Shown: piece after piece, positions 1-8,261 of the stretch | How positions within the stretch are numbered: position 1 is the first letter of the stretch | Layout: every line of letters starts with the position of its first letter | Assembly (NCBI GenBank): GCA_963826115.1 | Contig: CAWGVS010000005.1 | Location: 320,001-384,000, forward strand | Source: an uncultured Candidatus Rokubacteria bacterium | Lineage (GTDB): Bacteria > Methylomirabilota > Methylomirabilia > Rokubacteriales > DASRDR01 | Direction of reading: 5' to 3' | DNA: 64,000 nt | Notes under the pieces: model-generated | Databases searched by the model: none | Seen by the model: the letters and a program-made list of their open reading frames with translations, nothing else | What the model was told of the DNA's origin: nothing | Program-made: the position numbers and the translations under genes

Positions 1-974
1 CCGGCGTCGCGATAGCGAGCGAAGGACTCCATCGGCACGCCGCGGCGCGCGAAGACCCAGACGGCGTGGGCCACGCTGCAGCCCGCGTCCCCCATGATCC
101 GGATGTCGCCGGCGGGGTGGTTCGCCCAGGACGAGCCCCCGACGATGATCGCGTGGCCGAGGATCGTGCTGGGGCCGAGGAAGCCCAGCTCGGCGAGCCA
201 GGCGACCGGCGTCTTTCCGTGGCGCTGCAGCATCTCCTGGAACTCGATCACCGACTGGGAGGCGTGGAGCGTGATCGGGCAGCGCCGCTCGTCGGCGGCC
301 TGCCTGGCCGCGCGCAGGAGCTCGGGCGTGCACGTGTCCACCTGGGCCGGGGCGAGGCAGCAGCGGACGAGCCCGCCGTGAGCCCCGTCCAGACGATCGT
401 GGAGGGCGAGCGCGCGGGCGAGGCCCTGGCGGCCGCGCTCCTCGTCCCACTCCCAGTGGACCCGCCGGCCGTCCCGCGTGAGCCAGCGCCCGGAGCGGAA
501 CGAGAGGCCGAAGTAGACGCGGAGGCCGTAGTGGCCCGCGCGCTCGGCGACGTGCTCGCCGAGCTGGCCGATCTCCAGCACGGTGGTGACGCCGCCCCGC
601 AGCAGCTCGGCCATCGAGAAGTCGACGCACGCGCGGCTCGCCGCGTCGTCCTGCGCCCCGTCGCGCACCGGCAGGGTCTCGAAGAGGCCCGAGTAGTAGA
701 ACTGGGCCCGCCCGGTGTCCTCGATGAAGGAGCGGTCGAGCGGGGACCCCGCGATGTGGGCGTGCGTGGAGATGAGCCCCGGGGTGAGGACGCGGTCCGG
801 CGCGTCGACCGTCTCGTCGACGGGGCCCGTGAGCCGCGCGTCCCCGCGGGGCCCGACGTGCGCGACGCGGCCGCCCTCGAGCAGGACCGCCCCGTCCCGC
901 AGGAGGCGGTGGCCCTGGCCGTCGAAGGCGATGACGTGACCGGCGCGGATCAGGGTGCGGCGCGGAGTGCTCAT
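1..974 (-). CDS. Metal-dependent amidohydrolase (chlorohydrolase/deaminase-like), truncated by the window edge
   Basis: Manual translation from ATG 974: MSTPRRTLIRAGHVIAFDG...VLTPGLISTHAH (PG-x-x-x-x-H-x-H metal motif). The ATG overlaps the polB stop (ATGA). Absent from the ORF track because it runs off the window. Confidence 0.85.
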   Translation of the reverse strand, partial: MSTPRRTLIRAGHVIAFDGQGHRLLRDGAVLLEGGRVAHVGPRGDARLTGPVDETVDAPDRVLTPGLISTHAHIAGSPLDRSFIEDTGRAQFYYSGLFETLPVRDGAQDDAASRACVDFSMAELLRGGVTTVLEIGQLGEHVAERAGHYGLRVYFGLSFRSGRWLTRDGRRVHWEWDEERGRQGLARALALHDRLDGAHGGLVRCCLAPAQVDTCTPELLRAARQAADERRCPITLHASQSVIEFQEMLQRHGKTPVAWLAELGFLGPSTILGHAIIVGGSSWANHPAGDIRIMGDAGCSVAHAVWVFARRGVPMESFARYRDA

Positions 975-3373
975 GGGAGGTCTCCCTGGTCGAAGAGGCC
1001 CAGCTGGCGTCCCTCGGGCCGGTGGATCCCGGCGATCGTGTCGAAGTCGGGGGCGCCCAGGAAGTGAAGCAGCGCGTCGGCAATGGGCCGGAGCTGCTGC
1101 GTGACGTAGTGCTCGTAGTCGGGCGGCGCGGTCGTCTCGCCGACGGCCTCGGGGCCCGCGGTGGTGACGACGTAGGTGACGATGCGGCCGGGCCCGCCCG
1201 CCTGCTTCCGCGCGGCCTTCACGTGGGGCGGCGTGGTCTTCGTGTAGGACTCGAGCGGCTTCCGGATCGCCTTCCGGTAGGCGAGCTCGTCGTCGAAGCG
1301 CCCGGCCCGGAGCTCGGCGACGAAGTCGCGGACGAACGGCTCGACCGGCTCGTCGTGGAACGCGCGCTGGAGGAGCTCCCGCTGGAAGCGCCGCGCGACG
1401 CCGCTCCAGTCCCGGCGCACGGCCTCCAGGCCCACCAGCTCGAGCGTCTCGCCCCGGGGCCCGTCGACCAGCCCCGCGTAGCGCTTCTTGCTGCCCGTCG
1501 CGCCGCCGCGGACCTCGGGCATCCAGAAGCGGACGTAGACCTTCTCGAACTCGAGCTCGAGCCAGCTCCGGACGCCGAACTCGGCGCGGAGCGAATCGGC
1601 GACATGGGCGCCGATGGTTTCGCGGAGGCTCTCTGCGCGCTTGACGGCGGCGGCGGGGTTGACCTCGCCCGCGTCGACGAAGAGGGAGTCGGTATCCCCG
1701 TAGATCACGCGGTGGCCCGCCTGCTCGACGGCGGCCGCCGCCAGGCGGATCACGTGCTGGCCGGCCATCGTGATGGCGTTCGCGACGGCGGGCGAGAAGA
1801 GCCGGGAGGCCGAGGCCCCGAGGACCCCGAAGAGCGAGTTCATGAGGATCTTCGTCGCCTGGGCGCCCACGGGGTCGCCCTCGGCGCGGGCGCGAGCCCG
1901 CTCCTCCCAGAGGCGCGCGACCAGGTCGGGGAGGATGCCCGGCTCGTCGGCGCGGAACCGAGCGGGGCTGGGCGTCCGCACGAGCGGCCGGTCGGCCGTC
2001 TCGCGGGCGGGGACGACGTGCGTCAGCGGGTCGATGTTGAACGTCCGGATCAGGCTGGGATACAGACTCTTGAAGTCGAAGACCAGGATGTTCCGGTACA
2101 GGCCCGGGATCGAGTCGAGGACGAGGCCGCCCGCGATCGTCGTCCCCTCGCCGTCCTCGAAGTGGACCGACGGCGCGACGCGCCCGCGCGCCCGGAGCTC
2201 GGCCAGATAGAGCGAGTCCACCGCCGCGATCTGGGCGCCGACCCGGTCGATCTGCATCCCGGTGAGGAGACTCCGACGCACGGTCAGCTCGACGAGCCCC
2301 GTGTGTCGGAGGATCTCCACGACGAGCCGCGCGTCGTTCAGGTTGTACGCGGCGAGCCGCTCGGGGTCGTCTCGCCACGCGGCCTCGATCTCCCGGCCGC
2401 GGTGCTCCGCGGCGAAGAGCTTCCCCTTGCCGAGGATCGCCTGGGCCGCCGTGTCGAGCCGGTAGTCGTCCAGCTTGACGAAGGCGCTCCGGAGGAGCGC
2501 GAGGCCGTCGAGGACCTGCCGCCCCGACAGGATCACCCGCGGATCGCGGGTGAAGCCGAGGTCGCGGCGCACCTCGGCCTCCTCGTCGGTGCGCCCGAGC
2601 GTCAGCCGGAGGCCCGTGCGGCGGGCCACTCGCTGGAGGACCGTGACGTCGAAGTCGCCGATGTTCCAGCCGGTCAGGACATCCGGGTCGGTGGCGCGAA
2701 GGTGCTCGAGAAACGCCTCGACGCATGCGCGCTCGTTCGGCACGAGTGCGCCGGTGGCGCCCTCGGGCAGGCCGGCCAGGGGCCCGATTTCGCCCGGCCG
2801 GACCATCCACACCCGCTCGCCACCATGGCCCGCCACGGCGATCGAGTAGAGAAAGCGGCCGTCCAGGCTCGTCTCGATGTCGAAGGAGAGGACCCGAAGC
2901 GTCGGCACGAAGGTGGCTGGCTCGAGGCGCGGATTCCGGTAGACGCGCCCCACGCCCGGGCGGCGCTCGAACGGCCCGTCGACGGCGAACGCACCGCGGA
3001 TCCCGTAGTCGATGAGGAAGCGGTACGCGAAGCGCACGTCGGCCTCGAAGCACTGCGCGCCGGCTTCCTGAAGGCGCGCGCGAAGCGGCGGCACCTCGCC
3101 GGGGAGGTCGACCTCGACACGGAGGACGGGCTCGTCGGCGAAGGTGAGGTATGGCGTGTCGGCCACGCGCGCGGCGGGGGCCACCCGGCGCAGGGCGTCC
3201 CGATCGGTCGCGCGGACGAAGAAATAGGGGGCAAAGCGGTCGTCGACGACGAGCGCGGCCTCGCCGTTCTCGAGGACGGCGTGGAGGTGGACCTCCGCGC
3301 GCTCGCGGGCGACGCGGTAGGTCGGGGTGAGGAGGAACCCTCGGGTCAGACCGGGCGTCCCGGCTCGACTCAG
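971..3373 (-). CDS. polB: DNA polymerase II (family B)
   Basis: Exonuclease motifs FDIETS, GWNIGDFD, YNLND and polymerase motifs DFKSLYPS, KILMNSLFG, YGDTDS. The frame continues upstream of the track start (3184) through GFLLTPTYR...PYFF; the start is probably CTG at 3373 or 3349. Confidence 0.93.
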   Translation of the reverse strand: MSRAGTPGLTRGFLLTPTYRVARERAEVHLHAVLENGEAALVVDDRFAPYFFVRATDRDALRRVAPAARVADTPYLTFADEPVLRVEVDLPGEVPPLRARLQEAGAQCFEADVRFAYRFLIDYGIRGAFAVDGPFERRPGVGRVYRNPRLEPATFVPTLRVLSFDIETSLDGRFLYSIAVAGHGGERVWMVRPGEIGPLAGLPEGATGALVPNERACVEAFLEHLRATDPDVLTGWNIGDFDVTVLQRVARRTGLRLTLGRTDEEAEVRRDLGFTRDPRVILSGRQVLDGLALLRSAFVKLDDYRLDTAAQAILGKGKLFAAEHRGREIEAAWRDDPERLAAYNLNDARLVVEILRHTGLVELTVRRSLLTGMQIDRVGAQIAAVDSLYLAELRARGRVAPSVHFEDGEGTTIAGGLVLDSIPGLYRNILVFDFKSLYPSLIRTFNIDPLTHVVPARETADRPLVRTPSPARFRADEPGILPDLVARLWEERARARAEGDPVGAQATKILMNSLFGVLGASASRLFSPAVANAITMAGQHVIRLAAAAVEQAGHRVIYGDTDSLFVDAGEVNPAAAVKRAESLRETIGAHVADSLRAEFGVRSWLELEFEKVYVRFWMPEVRGGATGSKKRYAGLVDGPRGETLELVGLEAVRRDWSGVARRFQRELLQRAFHDEPVEPFVRDFVAELRAGRFDDELAYRKAIRKPLESYTKTTPPHVKAARKQAGGPGRIVTYVVTTAGPEAVGETTAPPDYEHYVTQQLRPIADALLHFLGAPDFDTIAGIHRPEGRQLGLFDQGDLP

Positions 3374-3374
3374 C

Positions 3375-4004
3375 TCAGCGCGGACCGGGCTCCGGCATCA
3401 GCTGGGCGACGGCACGGGCCAGGGCGTCGTCCTCCGCGGAGAGCGCGGCGCGAACGCGCGCCTGGTCCTCGGCGGGCCGGTTCTGGCTGAGCTTGGCCTT
3501 GCCCTCGAGGCGGTCGATCGGGATCTCGAAGGCGACGATCCCGCGCATCATCCCGTCCAGATACTTGTCCGTCAGCTCGCCCATGCGCCAGGGAGTCGGC
3601 CGGCCGTCCTCGAACGTGCTGACCAGTCGCTCGAGGACCGCGCGCACCCGGCCCGGGTCCTCGACGACTCGGGGGACGCCGTAGGCGTGGACCGCGACGT
3701 AGTTCCACGTCGGCACGCTGGGGTGCTGGCCGTACCACGACGGCGACACGTACGCGTGGGCCCCCGGGAAGACGACCAGCACGGGCCGGTCCGGGGCGAA
3801 GAGCTGCCACTGCGGGTTCTGGCGGGCCACGTGCGCGAGAAGCGTGCCGAAGGGCGCCGGCGTCTCGTCCAGGAGGACGGGCAGGTGCGTCGCGAACGGC
3901 GCGCCGGTGTCGTCGACGCCAACCAGGACCGCGAAGGGCTCCCGGCGCATGTGCGCGTGGCACCACGCGACATCCGGCGCGGCGAAGTGCTTCGGGACGT
4001 ACAT
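3375..4004 (-). CDS. FMN-binding negative transcriptional regulator (PaiB family)
   Basis: MYVPKHF, ATHLP, HVARQNPQW, GAHAYVSPSWY, VPTWNY, KLSQNR. Confidence 0.9.
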   Translation of the reverse strand: MYVPKHFAAPDVAWCHAHMRREPFAVLVGVDDTGAPFATHLPVLLDETPAPFGTLLAHVARQNPQWQLFAPDRPVLVVFPGAHAYVSPSWYGQHPSVPTWNYVAVHAYGVPRVVEDPGRVRAVLERLVSTFEDGRPTPWRMGELTDKYLDGMMRGIVAFEIPIDRLEGKAKLSQNRPAEDQARVRAALSAEDDALARAVAQLMPEPGPR

Positions 4005-4082
4005 GGCCCTTATCCTACCGGTCGCGGGCCGCGTGTACAGGGCCGCCGGCGGTCGCCGGCGAGGGGCCATTTCCCCGGCGGC

Positions 4083-4640
4083 TCACCACCACCGCACGCG
4101 GCCGACGTCGACGTGGATGAAGTTCGAGGCGGGGTAGTACCCGACGCCGCCGAGCCGGAGCGCGAGCGCGGTATCCCGCAGGACCCTCAGGGGACGGTCG
4201 GGGACCCGTACGTCGATCGCCATCGCGCGCATGTGGAGGCTCACGCGCGAGACCCCGTGCCCCTCGCGCGCGAGCTTCGCGTTGGTGACCGGGGACCGGT
4301 AGCCGGAGACGACCTCGAAGGGCTCCTCGGTGTCGAGCTCGGTGCGGAGCCGCCACAGGAGGTCCAGGAGCCGCCGGTCGACCGGCCGCGCCTCGCCGGT
4401 CCGGAAGTCCCGTAGCACCCAGTCGATCTCCCGGAGGGCCCCGGCGTCGACCTGCCCGTCCGCGCGGTACACGACGTCCACCGACTCGCCGGTGTGGAGG
4501 TTCCGGAACGCGAGCGCCCGCGGCTCGTCCGGCCGCTCGTTGCCGGCCGCATGACGTGTCCAGGGCAGGGCCACCGCCATCGCGGCGAGGCGCAGCACGG
4601 CTCGGCGGTCCGGGCGGGACGGGTCGGGGGGCCGCCTCAC
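4083..4640 (-). CDS. mepK: YcbK/MepK-like peptidase M15 (DUF882) with twin-arginine-like signal
   Basis: C-terminal part of ORF 4083..6464: DRRAVL, NLHTGE, SGYRS, SLHMRAMAID, GVGYYP, FIHVD. GTG 4640 overlaps the upstream stop (GTGA). Confidence 0.85.
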   Translation of the reverse strand: MRRPPDPSRPDRRAVLRLAAMAVALPWTRHAAGNERPDEPRALAFRNLHTGESVDVVYRADGQVDAGALREIDWVLRDFRTGEARPVDRRLLDLLWRLRTELDTEEPFEVVSGYRSPVTNAKLAREGHGVSRVSLHMRAMAIDVRVPDRPLRVLRDTALALRLGGVGYYPASNFIHVDVGRVRWW

Positions 4641-6100
4641 CGGCGGAGGCTCGAGCCCGCGGAGCGGGCAGGGGGCGGCGCGGCGGCGGGGGTCGCGCCG
4701 CGCGGGGCGGGCGCCTGCGCGCGGGCCAGGGCGGCGGCCACGCGGTCGTCTCGGTCGTAGGGGTCGTCCCGCACCTGGAGGCGGCCCTCCTCGTCGACGA
4801 ACGCCGTCCAGTAGAGGAGGTACACGGGCAGGGGGCGCTGGACGGTCACGACGCTGGTGCCGCCCGCCAGCGCACGCTCGACGGCGTCGGGCCGCCCCGC
4901 CGTCTGGCCGGCCAGGACGTGCGCGACCAGCTCGCGCGCCTGCTCCACGCGGACGCAGCCGTGGCTCAGCGCGCGATCGGTTCGCGCGAAGAGCTCCGGC
5001 AACGGCGTGTCGTGGAGGTAGACGTCGAAGCGGTTCGGGGTGGCGAAGCGGATCCGGCCCAGCGGGTTCCAGCCGCCGGGACGCTGCTGGAGGCGGAACG
5101 GGAAGCGCTCCGCCGAGACGGCGGCCCAGTCGACGGCGAGCCCGTACGGGTCCTCGCGGCGGTCCAGGATGACGATGTCGTTGTCGGCGAGGAAGCGGGC
5201 ATTCGCGCGGAGCTTCGGCAGGAACTCGTCGACGGCGATGCTGGTCGGCACCGTCCAGGGGGGATTGAACACGATCGCCCCGACCTCGGAACGGACCACC
5301 GGCGTCGGGTGGAGCTCGTCCCCGACCACGACGCGCGACGCCAGGCGGACCCGCCCGTCCTCGACGAGCGCGAGCGTGGCGTCCGCCGCATTGACGACGA
5401 CGCGCCGGGACTCGAGCTGACGGGGGAGCCACCGCCAGCGCTCCAGGTTCACGGCGATCTGGCGCGCCCGCGGGTCGGGCCGGCCCGCCGCGGCGTGGAG
5501 CGTCCGGAGCGCCGTCACCAGCCGGGCGTAGCCCTCGTGGGGCGGGGGCAGCGCGTCGAGCCACGCGGCCAGCGTCCCGCCCTCGACCGCCTCCACGAGC
5601 TCGCGCACGGGGTCCTCGCGCTCGGGCGCCGGGATGCCCCAGTCCGGCTGCACCGCCGTGGGGCGCAGACGGCCGGCCCGGACGTCCACGGCGTAGCGCA
5701 ACACGGCGTCGCTGAGGAGCAGCTCGCGCTGCACGGCCATCGCCGGCGTCGTCGGCTCCGCGCGGCGCCGGAGCGCGGCCAGCCCGTAGTGGGTCGGCGT
5801 GAGGCCGTGGTCCCGGGCCCCGGCCAGGGCCTCCAGCGCGAGCGCCGCGCGGGCGATCCCGCCCGGATCCGGCCCCCAGATCGGCTCGTGCGCGATCGCG
5901 CCGTAGAGCTGCCGGAGGACGCCGGTCCGGAGCGCCTGGCCGTCGACCCGGAGCATGGACCCCGACTCCAGCGCGGCGCTCAGCTCGCCCGGCGTCGGGC
6001 CGTCGTCCGCCCGGGCGACGGCGGCCAGGAGGGCGAGGCTCGCGACGACCATGGCCGTCGCGCCGCGCATGTAGCGCCGGGCCCGCGAGGTCGCGGTCAT
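4637..6100 (-). CDS. ldtD: L,D-transpeptidase, YcbB/LdtD type
   Basis: Signal peptide, HGL-x-P-x-x-Y scaffold, NLERWRWLP, NPPWTVP, NPLGRIRF, catalytic YLHDTP...SHGCVR. Adjacent to ycbK as in E. coli. Confidence 0.85.
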   Translation of the reverse strand: MTATSRARRYMRGATAMVVASLALLAAVARADDGPTPGELSAALESGSMLRVDGQALRTGVLRQLYGAIAHEPIWGPDPGGIARAALALEALAGARDHGLTPTHYGLAALRRRAEPTTPAMAVQRELLLSDAVLRYAVDVRAGRLRPTAVQPDWGIPAPEREDPVRELVEAVEGGTLAAWLDALPPPHEGYARLVTALRTLHAAAGRPDPRARQIAVNLERWRWLPRQLESRRVVVNAADATLALVEDGRVRLASRVVVGDELHPTPVVRSEVGAIVFNPPWTVPTSIAVDEFLPKLRANARFLADNDIVILDRREDPYGLAVDWAAVSAERFPFRLQQRPGGWNPLGRIRFATPNRFDVYLHDTPLPELFARTDRALSHGCVRVEQARELVAHVLAGQTAGRPDAVERALAGGTSVVTVQRPLPVYLLYWTAFVDEEGRLQVRDDPYDRDDRVAAALARAQAPAPRGATPAAAPPPARSAGSSLRR

Positions 6101-6471
6101 CAGGACGCGCCGCCGCGCGGCGGGAGCTCGATGGGTTTCCCGTGAGGGGTGGCTCGCGCGGCCGCCTCCCACTCCGCCTTTCGCCGCGAGAGCTCTTTGG
6201 CGCCGACCAGGCCCTTCTCGGCCACGATGCCCTCGAGCGTCGCGAGCCAGTGGTGGTAGTACGTGTCGCCCCGGTCCGGATCCCCGGAGGCCTGGGCGCG
6301 CTCGATCTCGCGGGCCAGGCGCTCGGCCCACTCGGACCAGGTGAAGTGGCCCGCCTCGTGGAGGCGGACGGCCATGGCGAAGGCCTGCGCCTCCCATGGA
6401 GCCCCGAACACCGGCGCGCCCGCCTGGTCGCGCGGCAGCGCCGGGAGATCCGGCGCGCGATCACTGGGCAT
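6100..6471 (-). CDS. Nitrile hydratase accessory (activator, P14K-like) protein
   Basis: PVFGAPWEAQAFAM, FTWSEWA, YYHHWLATLE, TPHGKPIEL. Downstream of the NHase subunits, GGAGG RBS. Confidence 0.9.
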   Translation of the reverse strand: MPSDRAPDLPALPRDQAGAPVFGAPWEAQAFAMAVRLHEAGHFTWSEWAERLAREIERAQASGDPDRGDTYYHHWLATLEGIVAEKGLVGAKELSRRKAEWEAAARATPHGKPIELPPRGGAS

Positions 6472-6535
6472 ACGTTCCTCCAGTCACGAGCATCGTATCG
6501 CGACGGGAGCCCGGGAACCTACCGTCTGCGCGCGG

Positions 6536-6723
6536 TCACCTGGCGGCCTTGATCCAGTCGGCGATCCGGATGACCACCTTCCGCCCTGAGGACGAGCGTC
6601 GCGAGCGGCAGGCCGGTCCGAGGGGCCAAGGTCTCGACCTTGATCTCCTCGGCCGGCGCGGGCCGCGTGCCGACGGACAGGCTCGCCCAGCACCAGCCCG
6701 AGGAGGAGCGCGCGGCGAGTCAG
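6536..6723 (-). pseudogene. Internally deleted, frameshifted remnant of an exported alpha/beta-hydrolase-like gene
   Basis: Three fragments in three frames: LTRRALLLGLVL, AEEIKVETLAPRTGLPLATLVL and KVVIRIADWIKAAR*. They resemble the N- and C-termini of the CDS at 19680-20534. Confidence 0.55.
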
Positions 6724-6755
6724 GCCCCGCCGCCGCGCGCGGGTGTCGCTACGGA

Positions 6756-7427
6756 TCAGGCCGGGTCGAGGTAGTCGTCCCAGAGGTCCACGTAGACCGC
6801 GTCGCGGGGGTGGGCGTCGGGGCCCCAGAGCTCCCGGGCGGTGAAGCGGACGCTGTAGACGTGCTGGGGCTTCTTGCCGAGCCCGGCCGCGTGGGTGTCG
6901 GCAAAGACGAAGACCCCGTAATCCTGGTCGACCACGCCCTGCCGGCCCCGGACGTAGCGGGGGAGGCGCGTGTGCCCGAGGGGATTGATGTTCCGGGCCA
7001 CGACGCCGTCCCCGGCCTTGAACTTCGGGGGGACCGGATCGTCGAGACGAGCGGCCCGCCGGTTCTGGAGGAGCCGCGGGACGCCCTCACGCGACAGCGC
7101 GCCGGGCAAGGGCTTCGACGGGGCGGGATCCGATGGCGCCAGGACGCGTCCGTCCAGCTCCGACCGCTGGAGGAACCCGTGCTGCTCGAGGAGCCGCTCG
7201 AGCCCCCAGAGCCAGTGCTCGTAGTAGCCGGTTGCGAGGTACTCGGCCGGCGGCATCTGCTCCCGCGCGAAGCGAGACATGTCGAGGTTCCACCGGCGCC
7301 ATCCGCCCATCGCCATGTTGAGCGCGAACACGCGCCGCTCCCATTCTGCGTGGAAGACGGGCTCGTCCGCCTCGATGGCGACCGGCCCGAACCCGTGCAT
7401 GCCGCCCAGATCGTGGGCGCCGTTCAC
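6756..7427 (-). CDS. nthB: Nitrile hydratase beta subunit
   Basis: (M)[48 protein letters not shown] overlaps the alpha stop. Confidence 0.95.
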   Translation of the reverse strand: MNGAHDLGGMHGFGPVAIEADEPVFHAEWERRVFALNMAMGGWRRWNLDMSRFAREQMPPAEYLATGYYEHWLWGLERLLEQHGFLQRSELDGRVLAPSDPAPSKPLPGALSREGVPRLLQNRRAARLDDPVPPKFKAGDGVVARNINPLGHTRLPRYVRGRQGVVDQDYGVFVFADTHAAGLGKKPQHVYSVRFTARELWGPDAHPRDAVYVDLWDDYLDPA

Positions 7428-8125
7428 CGCGGGCCTCCCGGCGGCGCCACCCGGGCGACGCCGATCATGGAGTCGCGGGTGACGAGCTCCGCGAGCTGCG
7501 CCTCGGTCAAGCCGTCGGTCCCCGTCGGCCGCTCGGGCAGGACGAGGTAGCGGAGCTCGGCCGTCGAGTCCCACACGCGCACCTCGACGTCGTCGGGCAG
7601 GTCGAGCCCGACCTCGCGCAGGACGCCGCGCGGGTCGATGACCGCGCGGGCGCGGTAGGGCGCGGACTTGTACCAGACGGGCGGGAGCCCGAGGACGGGC
7701 CACGGGTAGCACGAGCAGAGCGTGCACACGACCACGTTGTGCACCGCGGGCGTGTTCTCGAGGACCACCATGTCCTCGCCCTGGCGGCCGATGTAGCCGA
7801 GGTCCGCGAGCGTCGCCGTCGCGTCGGTGAGGAGCCGGCGCCTGAACTCGGGATCGACCCAGGCCTTGGCCACCACGCGCGCCCCGTTACGCGGCCCGAC
7901 CTTCGTCTCGTAGGTGTCGATCAGCTCGTCGAGCGCGGCGGGGTCGACCAGGCCCTTCTCGGTGAGGAGGGACTCCAGCGCCTTGACCCGGAGCTGGACG
8001 TCCGACAGCGGCGCGTTGTGGGGGTGGGCGGGGTCGTCGATCCCGTGTCCGTGGTCGTGCCCGTGCGCGCGGTCGTGCGCGTGCGGCGAGTCGTGCTCGT
8101 GGTCGTGGGTATCGTGAGGGGTCAT
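7424..8125 (-). CDS. nthA: Cobalt-type nitrile hydratase alpha subunit
   Basis: VCTLCSCYP metal-binding motif (Thr/Tyr indicate Co type), [18 protein letters not shown]. His-rich N-terminus. Confidence 0.97.
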   Translation of the reverse strand: MTPHDTHDHEHDSPHAHDRAHGHDHGHGIDDPAHPHNAPLSDVQLRVKALESLLTEKGLVDPAALDELIDTYETKVGPRNGARVVAKAWVDPEFRRRLLTDATATLADLGYIGRQGEDMVVLENTPAVHNVVVCTLCSCYPWPVLGLPPVWYKSAPYRARAVIDPRGVLREVGLDLPDDVEVRVWDSTAELRYLVLPERPTGTDGLTEAQLAELVTRDSMIGVARVAPPGGPR

Positions 8126-8261
8126 GTCTTCCTTGATGTTAGCCCGAGCGAGGCCGCGCGTGCCAGCGGACCGTGAGTGGGCGTCAATCGAGCCCGGCGC
8201 CCGCCGAGGGCCTCGGTTGGCGGTCCGTGACGGCGAGCATCGGTCGTATCATGAGGGCACG

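Noticed and set aside
971-3373. Family B polymerase as a phage, casposon or pipolin marker
   Set aside because: It has cellular Pol II features and housekeeping neighbours. I saw no Cas1, integrase or terminal repeats.
1022-3490. 822-aa plus-strand ORF, and similar long ORFs such as 17088..19619, 13868..16102, 22589..25399, 53635..55722 and 61279..63396
   Set aside because: Antisense shadows of well-supported genes. High GC suppresses stop codons, and the translations have no family motifs.
4083-6464. 793-aa ORF ending in a YcbK domain
   Set aside because: The Arg/Pro-rich upstream part is an alternate frame of ldtD and the activator. The real gene starts at about 4640.
8040-8125. GTCGTG/CGTG short repeats suggesting a tandem array
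   Set aside because: Explained by His/Asp codons of the NHase alpha N-terminus.
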